This document shows positions 1 to 6,658 of a stretch of 56,368 nucleotides of DNA, piece after piece. Position numbers and translations under genes: made by a program. The DNA lies in the IMG/VR virus record IMGVR_UViG_3300017912_000240, positions 1 through 56,368 of that record. One strand, given 5' to 3'. Source of the stretch: a virus (Duplodnaviria > Caudoviricetes). The notes beneath the pieces were generated by a model. It was not told the DNA's origin. It saw only the letters and a program-made list of their open reading frames with translations, and searched no databases. The first letter of the stretch is position 1, and each line of letters opens with the position of its first letter.

Positions 1-141
1 ATACCAACTGAATTGGCATCGGTTTCTAACAGGATGTCCATTGTAGTGCTTTCCTTGCTGGACGACATCGCATACGTTGTCTGGAAATCGGTCATCGTAC
101 ACCCGATTCATCACAACCTGCCCGACTGCAAGTTGCCCCAT
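1..141. repeat. Terminal overlap of circular assembly (identical to 56228-56368)
   Basis: ATACCAACTG...TTGCCCCAT occurs at both ends (141 bp) and splits the SleB-like ORF, which reads through the junction. Confidence 0.95.
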
Positions 142-219
142 AGTGCTTTCGTTGCGTGCCTCGTGGTACAGGTTCAATGCCATGCACATCAAGGCGTTAG
201 CAAATATTGTCTCAATCAT
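1..219 (-). CDS. 5' part of cell wall hydrolase (SleB/Hydrolase_2 family); joins 56024..56227
   Basis: ATG at 219 reads MIETIFANALMCMALNLYHEARNESTMGQLAVGQVVMNRV, matching the CxAxNxYHEAR...NRV motif; ATGA overlap with the upstream ORF. Confidence 0.85.
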   Translation of the reverse strand, partial: MIETIFANALMCMALNLYHEARNESTMGQLAVGQVVMNRVYDDRFPDNVCDVVQQGKHYNGHPVRNRCQFSWY

Positions 220-503
220 TTTCTTTTCTCCGCTTTCTTTCTCAGCTTTGCAAAACCTTTTTCTTGCCTTGCAAGATATCGTTCCGTCTGTGCTACCAGA
301 CTGTCCCATAGTTGCCGCTTGATACGCTTGCGGTTTCCATCTGTACGCTCACGCACGAACACCCACTTGTATCCTATCTTGGCTTCGACCCACCTGTGGC
401 CTGAACCAATCTGCGGTTGCAACTCATCCATGAGTACGAGTTGATGCCTAGTCATTCCAAATCCTTTCGTGTTCCCACTGCTTGCCAAGTCTGTCGGTGG
501 CAC
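216..503 (-). CDS. Hypothetical early protein
   Basis: Co-oriented ORF with coupled overlap to the next gene; true start may be about 455. Confidence 0.6.
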   Translation of the reverse strand: MPPTDLASSGNTKGFGMTRHQLVLMDELQPQIGSGHRWVEAKIGYKWVFVRERTDGNRKRIKRQLWDSLVAQTERYLARQEKGFAKLRKKAEKRK

Positions 504-636
504 GGGCAGTCACATGTTTTACTTTCTCATGTACGTATTTATTATCACCAACTTTTCTTACTTTCCAAGGACTTAGTACGTTATCTTCATACCAAGCATT
601 AAACATCTTTGTATGTTTATTCGTCATCTTTTGCAC
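448..636 (-). CDS. Hypothetical early protein
   Basis: Tightly packed minus-strand ORF. Confidence 0.55.
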   Translation of the reverse strand: MQKMTNKHTKMFNAWYEDNVLSPWKVRKVGDNKYVHEKVKHVTARATDRLGKQWEHERIWND

Positions 637-880
637 CGTTATTTACAACAAGTTTTAGTTCTGGTTTTGGGGTGTGCTTAGTTACCATGTCGATTACATT
701 AATCGTATCAGGAAAAAGTTCAGAGTCCAAAACATTTTCATCGGGTTGCATATCTCTAACGAGAATATATTCTATAAACTCAGGTGGAAAGGGTTCCTCT
801 CCCTGAATAAGCCACCACGGTTGACCGCCTACGTCTTCCAAGTCGGTCTGTATTACGAATGTAACTTCGTACCTGTTCAT
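617..880 (-). CDS. Hypothetical early protein
   Basis: AAGGA SD upstream; follows a sigma70-type promoter. Confidence 0.65.
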   Translation of the reverse strand: MNRYEVTFVIQTDLEDVGGQPWWLIQGEEPFPPEFIEYILVRDMQPDENVLDSELFPDTINVIDMVTKHTPKPELKLVVNNGAKDDE

Positions 881-953
881 GTTATTTCCTTTTCAAAAAG
901 TTGTATAAGTTGAGCAGGGCGTTCAGCCACACTCCCAGTAAAATTAATAGTTC

Positions 954-982
954 AGTATACGATATACTGATTGGTATGTCAA
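954..982 (-). promoter_or_regulatory. Sigma70-type early promoter TTGACA-N17-TATACT
   Basis: -35 at 977-982, -10 at 954-959, 17-bp spacer, largely intergenic. Confidence 0.8.
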
Positions 983-1113
983 GCATCATATTCCTCGTCT
1001 ATACGAAAGGCTATTATTCTTATCCCGTCCATAATGGTCATGGTGAAGTATTCGGCAGGGCTTTTGTCTAGCCACTCATCAAACTCTTCAGCATGCGCCT
1101 GATTTTCTGCCAT
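979..1113 (-). CDS. Small acidic protein (44 aa), paralog-like to 2831..2968; not in ORF track
   Basis: MAENQAHAEEFDEWLDKSPAEYFTMTIMDGIRIIAFRIDEEYDA; TAATG coupling; shares FxxWLD...G(I/L)R(I/V)IxF with the 2831 ORF. Confidence 0.6.
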   Translation of the reverse strand: MAENQAHAEEFDEWLDKSPAEYFTMTIMDGIRIIAFRIDEEYDA

Positions 1114-1454
1114 TACATTGCCATCAGCGTAAAGCCTGTGCCTTCTGGTAGGAAGGTTATCTGTTTCTTTACGTCCTCTGGCTCCATGTCTGTGTCAATA
1201 GACTCGCCGTCTTCATTAGTGCCTAGTATTAGGCCACGACCTGCAAGCGGATTTGGATATCCATCCCATGTGAAGAACCTCTGGTTTTCTACATACAAGC
1301 CCTCGTCATCCACATACAGTGTCTCGCTGTCGTCAATACGCACGACATCAAAATACCTACAGTCAAGCAGACCACCAATGTCTTCCCAGTCTCCTGAGTA
1401 GTCCACGACCTCTACAGTCTCTGTAAAGGGGTCAATCAATATTGCTTTCATCAT
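1113..1454 (-). CDS. DUF3846-like phage protein
   Basis: MKAILIDP..., LYVDDEGL and PLAGRGLILG motifs. Confidence 0.65.
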   Translation of the reverse strand: MMKAILIDPFTETVEVVDYSGDWEDIGGLLDCRYFDVVRIDDSETLYVDDEGLYVENQRFFTWDGYPNPLAGRGLILGTNEDGESIDTDMEPEDVKKQITFLPEGTGFTLMAM

Positions 1455-1530
1455 TACTTTTTCCTATTCAAAATGTAGTAGCCAATAAAGCCTACTATTA
1501 CTAGATATATAAACAAACTTGATACGTCAA

Positions 1531-1734
1531 TCATTCCTCGTCCTCTTCTTCTACTATGTCATACAGGTTCCAGTCGTGACCATAGTAATGGTCAACTTCG
1601 GTGAAGTCACCACCATCAACGTGGTCTTTCACATACTCCCACACATCCATGCCTTCTGGTACTTCGTCTTCGTCAAACTCATACTCTAAGTCTGTACTCA
1701 CTGTTGCCAATGCTCTGTATCGCTTCTTACCCAT
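1531..1734 (-). CDS. Acidic hypothetical protein
   Basis: C-terminal part of track ORF 1531..1806; likely start MGKKRY after a GGAG SD. Confidence 0.55.
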   Translation of the reverse strand: MGKKRYRALATVSTDLEYEFDEDEVPEGMDVWEYVKDHVDGGDFTEVDHYYGHDWNLYDIVEEEDEE

Positions 1735-2284
1735 TTCCATACTCCTTTTGCATGTCTTCACGCAACATCTTGCGCCATTCCTTCTGGTCGTCAGACAATT
1801 CGTCATCGTCTGCGTTCATAATAAAGTAGTCGTAGTCTACGTCAACGCCCCATTCGTCTACTAGCTGGCAGGGCATCTCTTCATGTGGCGGTACATCAAA
1901 GGTATATGTGTACGTGTTATCCATTAAAGGCGTAGTCCACCCTGTAAACATCATGCCTTCTTCCTTGTAGGTAAGTTCAAAGTCAAAGCCGTACCGCTTT
2001 GCACCATGCTGTAGTGCCTTGACGGGCGGCGACCATGCAGTAGTAAAGCACATTTCAAGTTCATTGTCAACCAGAGACACCACATCGACATCAAAGATGT
2101 CCCACTTGGTTCCCCAGTTTTGAACACACCAGCCATAATCCCACTCGTGATTTGTTTCGGCTGTGAATGGACACAGGAACTCCAGCAGTTTCTCCTCTTC
2201 CATCAATGCAGCATCACGCATCTGGATTAGTAGTCCATGATTGTCTGATGTAATAGTCAGACGGTTGTAACAGTGGTTAGGCAT
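1727..2284 (-). CDS. DUF1281/YubB ferredoxin-like domain protein
   Basis: MPNHCxN, WCVQNWGTKWD and FTTAWSPP motifs. Confidence 0.7.
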   Translation of the reverse strand: MPNHCYNRLTITSDNHGLLIQMRDAALMEEEKLLEFLCPFTAETNHEWDYGWCVQNWGTKWDIFDVDVVSLVDNELEMCFTTAWSPPVKALQHGAKRYGFDFELTYKEEGMMFTGWTTPLMDNTYTYTFDVPPHEEMPCQLVDEWGVDVDYDYFIMNADDDELSDDQKEWRKMLREDMQKEYGNG

Positions 2285-2443
2285 CCTTGCCTTCCTTTCT
2301 TTTCAGTTTCCATTTCTCGTATTCGGTTAGTGTTTCCTCTTCAGGTGGTGGATTATACCACGGGTCATGCTCCCAGTCAATCTCTGGATGCGCCTGCTTG
2401 AATATGGCAATGCGCCTCTTGATTTCTTCTGGTGTTGTCTTGC

Positions 2444-2692
2444 TCATCCCCAATCCTTGAAGTCGTCCTGCTCCAGGTATGCCTTCATATAGGCCTTCTT
2501 CTGCTCGTCTGTCATGTCCTGTGCAGACACACGGGTGCCTTTGTAAGTACCTTCAGGCCAGTAGTGCGGGTCATACGGCCTACCATAGTAGGCATCTGCA
2601 CCGCCTCTGTCAGAGGGTGAGCCGTGGCCTTCCAGCCAGTCAGGTCGTGTGTATATCTGTGTCATTTTGCAGTCTCCTTGTACCAGACCCAC
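2444..2692 (-). CDS. Conserved phage hypothetical protein
   Basis: HGSPxDRGxADAYYGRPxxPHYW motif. Confidence 0.6.
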   Translation of the reverse strand: MGLVQGDCKMTQIYTRPDWLEGHGSPSDRGGADAYYGRPYDPHYWPEGTYKGTRVSAQDMTDEQKKAYMKAYLEQDDFKDWG

Positions 2693-2856
2693 TCATTGAT
2701 GGTTGGGTCATGCAGAATCAGTGCCTCTGTCCCATGCAGACGCATGTAGTAACGTGCGTCCTCTTGGGTGAAGTTGGTTACACCGTCTTTCAGACGGGCA
2801 ACTGTTGCGGCCTCAATGCCGTTGTATTTTTTAGTCATCATCTTCCTCTTGTACAT
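2662..2856 (-). CDS. Hypothetical early protein
   Basis: Packed ORF with overlaps to neighbours. Confidence 0.5.
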   Translation of the reverse strand: MYKRKMMTKKYNGIEAATVARLKDGVTNFTQEDARYYMRLHGTEALILHDPTINEWVWYKETAK

Positions 2857-2968
2857 AAAAGTTTATTACTCGCAGTCCTTCTTGAACGTCTACTAAATCC
2901 CACTGTAGCACACCTTTAGGGTAGGTGTCAAGCCAATCATAGAAGGCGTTTGTATCAATATCACTCAT
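2831..2968 (-). CDS. Small acidic protein
   Basis: MSDIDTNAFYDWLD...; track ORF 2831..3037 with a likely internal start. Confidence 0.5.
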   Translation of the reverse strand: MSDIDTNAFYDWLDTYPKGVLQWDLVDVQEGLRVINFYVQEEDDD

Positions 2969-3254
2969 GTGTTTCATTGCCAAATTCTCCCTTGTTAGCA
3001 TCACGATAAGAGTATGCCCACTCATGTGCATGTTCAAGCAGGATATTCAAACCTTGCCCACGTACACCTGTCACATGCAGGCTTTCGTAGTCATCGCCTA
3101 CCCATTCAGCACACCAGTCCCGTGGCGGCACTACAAGGTCGCCCTTGCTTTGGTGGTCAGCCAGCCAGATTTTGACAGACCCTGCTTTCTCGTCATCCTG
3201 TAGGATGCACAGCCACAGGTCGCCATCAATTTCTACTCGCACCATATCAGTCAT
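2961..3254 (-). CDS. Hypothetical early protein
   Basis: Track ORF 2961..3311; likely start MTDMVR. Confidence 0.55.
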   Translation of the reverse strand: MTDMVRVEIDGDLWLCILQDDEKAGSVKIWLADHQSKGDLVVPPRDWCAEWVGDDYESLHVTGVRGQGLNILLEHAHEWAYSYRDANKGEFGNETHE

Positions 3255-3594
3255 CTTCAGCCTCGCTTTCGTTGTCTGTTGCAAATTCTCGCCATATATC
3301 GTTTGGGTCACGCAGATACCACTTGCCCTTGTTGTGCCATGTTTCGCACCTGTCTAGCATGTGTTCTCGCACTTCCCACTCAGGAAAGTCACCAAGATAG
3401 GCCTGCTGTACCATAGTCGTTATGGCCTCGACCATCTTATCATCTATTAGCTGGTCATAGTCATCGCCATAATACACATCCATACCACGCTGGCAGAACC
3501 TGTCATGGTCGGTCACGGCATACATGGCATAGGACACCAGCCCAGACTTGTGGCGGTGATTTCGTTCCAATGCTTCGCTCTGGTTCTTATACAT
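3247..3594 (-). CDS. Hypothetical early protein
   Basis: Coupled minus-strand ORF. Confidence 0.6.
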   Translation of the reverse strand: MYKNQSEALERNHRHKSGLVSYAMYAVTDHDRFCQRGMDVYYGDDYDQLIDDKMVEAITTMVQQAYLGDFPEWEVREHMLDRCETWHNKGKWYLRDPNDIWREFATDNESEAEDD

Positions 3595-3868
3595 GTTCCT
3601 GTTCCCAAATAAATTCTTCAGCTTCTATGTAAACATAGTGCTTGGCATAGCACAGCAAATCCAGCACTCCCATGCCATCCTGCATACGGATAACATCATC
3701 GTCATAGTCCTCGCCTACCCAAGTCGTAGCCCAATACTTGCATGGTACAAATTGGTCGCCGCAGAATAGTGCCACCTCTACAAGGTGTTTATAAGACGAA
3801 CCATCGCTGTCTATCTCTTGCGAGATAGAGAAAGTGTATTGGTCATCTAAGCGTAGCTTTACATTCAT
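3587..3868 (-). CDS. Hypothetical early protein
   Basis: GAGG SD; ATGA overlap with the upstream ArfA-like ORF. Confidence 0.6.
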   Translation of the reverse strand: MNVKLRLDDQYTFSISQEIDSDGSSYKHLVEVALFCGDQFVPCKYWATTWVGEDYDDDVIRMQDGMGVLDLLCYAKHYVYIEAEEFIWEQEHV

Positions 3869-3999
3869 ATCTCATTGTCCTCTTTATGTTTGGGCTTCCT
3901 GTTATAGCTTCCCCTGCCCTTGGGTGGTTTGACTACCTGCTTTGCGTAGTGCTTGCTTTGTAGTAGTCTAGCAAATGGATTTGGTTTTTTCCGCTTCAT
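3865..3999 (-). CDS. ArfA-like (alternative ribosome rescue factor-like) basic peptide, 44 aa; not in ORF track
   Basis: MKRKKPNPFARLLQSKHYAKQVVKPPKGRGSYNRKPKHKEDNEI resembles E. coli ArfA ...[27 protein letters not shown]; ATGA coupling to the next gene. Confidence 0.65.
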   Translation of the reverse strand: MKRKKPNPFARLLQSKHYAKQVVKPPKGRGSYNRKPKHKEDNEI

Positions 4000-4008
4000 A
4001 GTGTAGGG

Positions 4009-4037
4009 ATAGTAGCAAGCCTAGTGCGTGATGTCTA
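4009..4037 (-). promoter_or_regulatory. Early promoter TAGACA-N17-TACTAT (extended -10 TGn), almost leaderless for the ArfA-like gene
   Basis: -35 at 4032-4037, -10 at 4009-4014; ATG 9 nt beyond the -10; no SD. Confidence 0.6.
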
Positions 4038-4163
4038 ATCACGAATTGTTACAGTCTGTAACATTTTGTGATGTTGTGCCTGCATTTTGTGTCTAGTGCC
4101 TGCATTAAATATGTGATATAATCCCTTCAACTATTGTGACGGGGTGCAATAGTTATACCCAAA

Positions 4164-4343
4164 TTATATTTGATTATATATTTGTTTATAACTATACCCC
4201 ATCAGGGCAATGCCTGTTACCATCATTAGTGTGCCGATAAATATGGCTATAGGATATACTGGCATACTATAGACTATCATCCAGCCAGCGACTGCCATAA
4301 GTTTACAACACATAATTACTGTGAATAGAATTAGATTATACAT
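4164..4343 (-). CDS. Small membrane protein (about 2 TM segments)
   Basis: Hydrophobic MYNLILFTVIMCC...; GGGG SD. Confidence 0.5.
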   Translation of the reverse strand: MYNLILFTVIMCCKLMAVAGWMIVYSMPVYPIAIFIGTLMMVTGIALMGYSYKQIYNQI

Positions 4344-4357
4344 TTTATTTTCCCCTA

Positions 4358-4954
4358 TTAAATGTTGTGTATACGTTTCCAGCATACCCATGTAATAGCC
4401 TGCATCTCAAAAGCTTTTAATGCCCGACCATTAAATCGTACTTTCTTGCCTGCTTCGACATAGGCTTTTTGTATCTCAATATATTCTTTTTTGCCAATGT
4501 TTGTCTTGTCGCTGGTCAATCCTGCACGCTGATTATAGTAAATATTTCTTGCATGCCCATCTACCGTGCAAGTGTCATCACCCATAATGTTGCGATAAAA
4601 TGACACAATTTTTTGCCCATTAAGAATCTCAATCACGCCATTATGGTCGGGCATTGCATCCAGAATAGACCATGCCTTGCGTTTCATGGCGTTATATGTA
4701 GATACCTTTATGCTTTCAATATGTTCGCCATTTAAGTATGCTTCAATCAAATCTCTTGTGTTGTCTATGTTTCTTTCCCACTTATTATTAGGTGACAATG
4801 CGGCACATACGCCGACAACAATGTGCAATGGCGTGTCTGTATCCTCTGAAATACGCATGCATGTTGCCAGTGCCGTTGCATACCAGACAACACCATGTTT
4901 CTTTTCCTCTGGGGTTGCCATGCGGTAAATGTTTACAATGTTTTCAATAGTCAT
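4358..4954 (-). CDS. Putative HhH DNA glycosylase-fold protein
   Basis: AALSP, KxxSF, TVDGHA (compare endonuclease III VDTH) and QAITW motifs; GAGG SD. Confidence 0.55.
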   Translation of the reverse strand: MTIENIVNIYRMATPEEKKHGVVWYATALATCMRISEDTDTPLHIVVGVCAALSPNNKWERNIDNTRDLIEAYLNGEHIESIKVSTYNAMKRKAWSILDAMPDHNGVIEILNGQKIVSFYRNIMGDDTCTVDGHARNIYYNQRAGLTSDKTNIGKKEYIEIQKAYVEAGKKVRFNGRALKAFEMQAITWVCWKRIHNI

Positions 4955-4984
4955 AAAAAATTCCTCTTCTCAAAACTTTCATGA

Positions 4985-5013
4985 ATTAGAGCATATTTAT
5001 TCATACTTGTCTA
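4985..5013 (-). promoter_or_regulatory. Early promoter TAGACA-N17-TCTAAT (extended -10)
   Basis: Same -35 and TGC as the 4009-4037 promoter. Confidence 0.5.
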
Positions 5014-5056
5014 TAATTATTTTCATATATCTTGTTAATATCTTATGAAATTATTC

Positions 5057-5193
5057 TGCCTAATTATTATGCATCTGCCTATAATTTAATCAGTGTAACC
5101 CATTGATATTATTGCCTTTTATCTGCCTAGTTATTGTGCAATTCATGGTTATTATTTAGGCACATTAAACACTCATTGCCTAAGAATTGTGCA
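5057..5193. promoter_or_regulatory. Five 17-bp NtrC-like boxes (TGC-N11-GCA type)
   Basis: 5057-5073 TGCCTAATTATTATGCA; 5076-5092; 5124-5140 TGCCTAGTTATTGTGCA; 5146-5162 (inverted); 5177-5193 TGCCTAAGAATTGTGCA. Confidence 0.6.
5096..5108 (-). promoter_or_regulatory. IHF consensus site
   Basis: TATCAA-TGGG-TTA matches WATCAA-N4-TTR. Confidence 0.45.
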
Positions 5194-5218
5194 GTTTGTC
5201 ATAATGCGTGCATGTTTT

Positions 5219-5284
5219 GTTCACCTTTTGTTCACGATTTGTTCTATGTACTTGTTTTGTTCACGATTTGTTCACCTTTTGTTC
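5219..5284. promoter_or_regulatory. Tandem alphaproteobacterial LexA boxes (two GTTC-N7-GTTC-N7-GTTC triplets)
   Basis: GTTC at 5219, 5230, 5241 and at 5259, 5270, 5281; spacers ACCTTTT and ACGATTT. Confidence 0.75.
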
Positions 5285-5552
5285 TACTTGCCGACCCTAG
5301 TGAGCGCATGCATAATATAGAATAAAAAAAATAAAAAAAATTTTTGAAAAAAAAATGTGGACTAGCCGTGTTGTCGGACGGTTGGCCTTTTTGTTTCAGT
5401 TAACCCATCCACCGAGATTAACCTACACTCTTTTCTTATTTATACACGGTGTTGTCGAGTCGTTCCGTGTAGTGACCTAAGACAAGGCCAATTCGATTAA
5501 ACTAAAGATAATTAGAAAACACCATGAGTATATTATTATTTCAGCAATTTTC

Positions 5553-5732
5553 TCAATCAATAGCATGCGCCCTCGCTTCAAATCGTGCAGGGTCAAACAG
5601 GTTGTTAAATTCTGATAGTACCTCGCACCATGATGCAACGGACTCTTGAAACGCCACATCATCGGCAAACAAGCCTGCATGATTATCGTGACGTAATTTG
5701 TCGGCGATAGCCTCGAAATGTTTTTTAGTCAT
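5553..5732 (-). CDS. Small phage protein (59 aa, MTKKHFEAIA...FDPARF type); not in ORF track
   Basis: Open frame with the MTxKxFxxIA...FDxxRF pattern I recognise from phage early genes. Confidence 0.6.
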   Translation of the reverse strand: MTKKHFEAIADKLRHDNHAGLFADDVAFQESVASWCEVLSEFNNLFDPARFEARAHAID

Positions 5733-5740
5733 ATGAAAAG

Positions 5741-5767
5741 AGTGACGGGGTTATTAGCCCCGCCACT
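5741..5767 (-). terminator. Hairpin, possible terminator or processing site
   Basis: Minus strand reads AGTGGCGGGG-loop-CCCCGTCACT followed by CTTTT. Confidence 0.5.
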
Positions 5768-5775
5768 TCCCTAGA

Positions 5776-6021
5776 TTAGAGTGCTGAAAGATTCCAGAAC
5801 GGACGCTCTGTCTTCTTGCGCTCTAGGTAAACACTTCGCTTGCCTAGATGCAAACCCCTAGTCGTTTCACCCTTAGTGAGTCCAAAACGACTTGTCGCTT
5901 TTCGTACTCGATAGAGTCCAGAACGATTCCCGACATTGAATCGGAAACCATCGGTTCCATCATTGAGGCTTGCGCCTTTTTGAAAAAACGGGGTAGGCAC
6001 TACTTTTGAAAATGAAGTCAT
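5776..6021 (-). CDS. Basic hypothetical protein; first gene of the early arm
   Basis: AAGGA SD; directly downstream of the Pho-box promoter. Confidence 0.6.
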   Translation of the reverse strand: MTSFSKVVPTPFFQKGASLNDGTDGFRFNVGNRSGLYRVRKATSRFGLTKGETTRGLHLGKRSVYLERKKTERPFWNLSAL

Positions 6022-6140
6022 CGCTTCATCCTTTCATTTTGCCGCCATTAAAAAACCCGTGCGGTATCGGCGGCGGCGGCCAAGGTTGCACAGGATTCAC
6101 AATGTCAAACAACACGGGGGGTGTCCCTCTTATTGTTTTT

Positions 6141-6196
6141 AGAATAGCAATCTATTGTTACAGTTTTGTGACAATTACATTACAGTTTTGTGAAAT
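6141..6196 (-). promoter_or_regulatory. PhoB-type promoter: four 11-bp-spaced Pho half-sites plus -10 TATTCT
   Basis: Minus strand: ATTTCAC-AAAA-CTGTAAT-GTAA-TTGTCAC-AAAA-CTGTAAC-N10-TATTCT. Confidence 0.7.
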
Positions 6197-6200
6197 GTTT

Positions 6201-6215
6201 GTTCACGTTTTGTTC
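6201..6215. promoter_or_regulatory. Alphaproteobacterial LexA box
   Basis: GTTC-ACGTTTT-GTTC. Confidence 0.65.
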
Positions 6216-6225
6216 CACCCTGCAA

Positions 6226-6288
6226 ACCAGAATCATTCCAAAAAAGGATTCTTGCCTGCTTTAGAATGTTTCTAAGAATCGTTCGCAA
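6226..6288. promoter_or_regulatory. Iron-regulator boxes: two Irr ICE-like elements and an overlapping Fur-like box
   Basis: 6260-6276 TTTAGAA-TGT-TTCTAAG (ICE consensus TTTAGAA-N3-TTCTAAA); 6226-6242 ACCAGAA-TCA-TTCCAAA; 6272-6288 CTAAGAATCGTTCGCAA. Confidence 0.55.
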
Positions 6289-6658
6289 CCGACCCGCCCA
6301 CAAAAAATTTTTGTCTGTATATATATATATATTACCCCTGCCATATACTGACCAAATTTAAGAACCTTTTCATAGACAGGGGGTGGGGTACTATTTCTAA
6401 AAATAAAACTACAAAAACACTGTTCTATTACTAGAAAAAAATAAGAGAGTATATCATATAAAAAAACCACCACGGACGGGGGCATCCGAAGTGGTATGTA
6501 TTTGTCTTGTATAGCTAGAGTTAATGATATATAATTACATGTACAGCGGGGGCAGGACAATAACTAGGGTATAACTATTGCAACCCTTTACTTTAAAGTA
6601 AAATTAGTATAGCACATTTTTTATACTTTTACAATATCAATTCACAGGAAAAAGTAAA

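Noticed and set aside
1-141. Terminal repeat as a biological direct terminal repeat
   Set aside because: It is 141 bp, a common assembler k-mer length, and falls in the middle of a gene. It is best read as a circular-assembly overlap.
5000-5200. Sigma54 promoter partnering the NtrC-like boxes
   Set aside because: I found no convincing TGGCAC-N5-TTGC element with correct spacing.
5219-5284. CRISPR or mini-CRISPR array
   Set aside because: Units are only 11 bp, spacers are reused, and there is no cas operon. The pattern fits LexA boxes.
6315-6332. E. coli-type SOS box (CTGT-N8-ACAG)
   Set aside because: Only the left half matches; the rest is a TA run.
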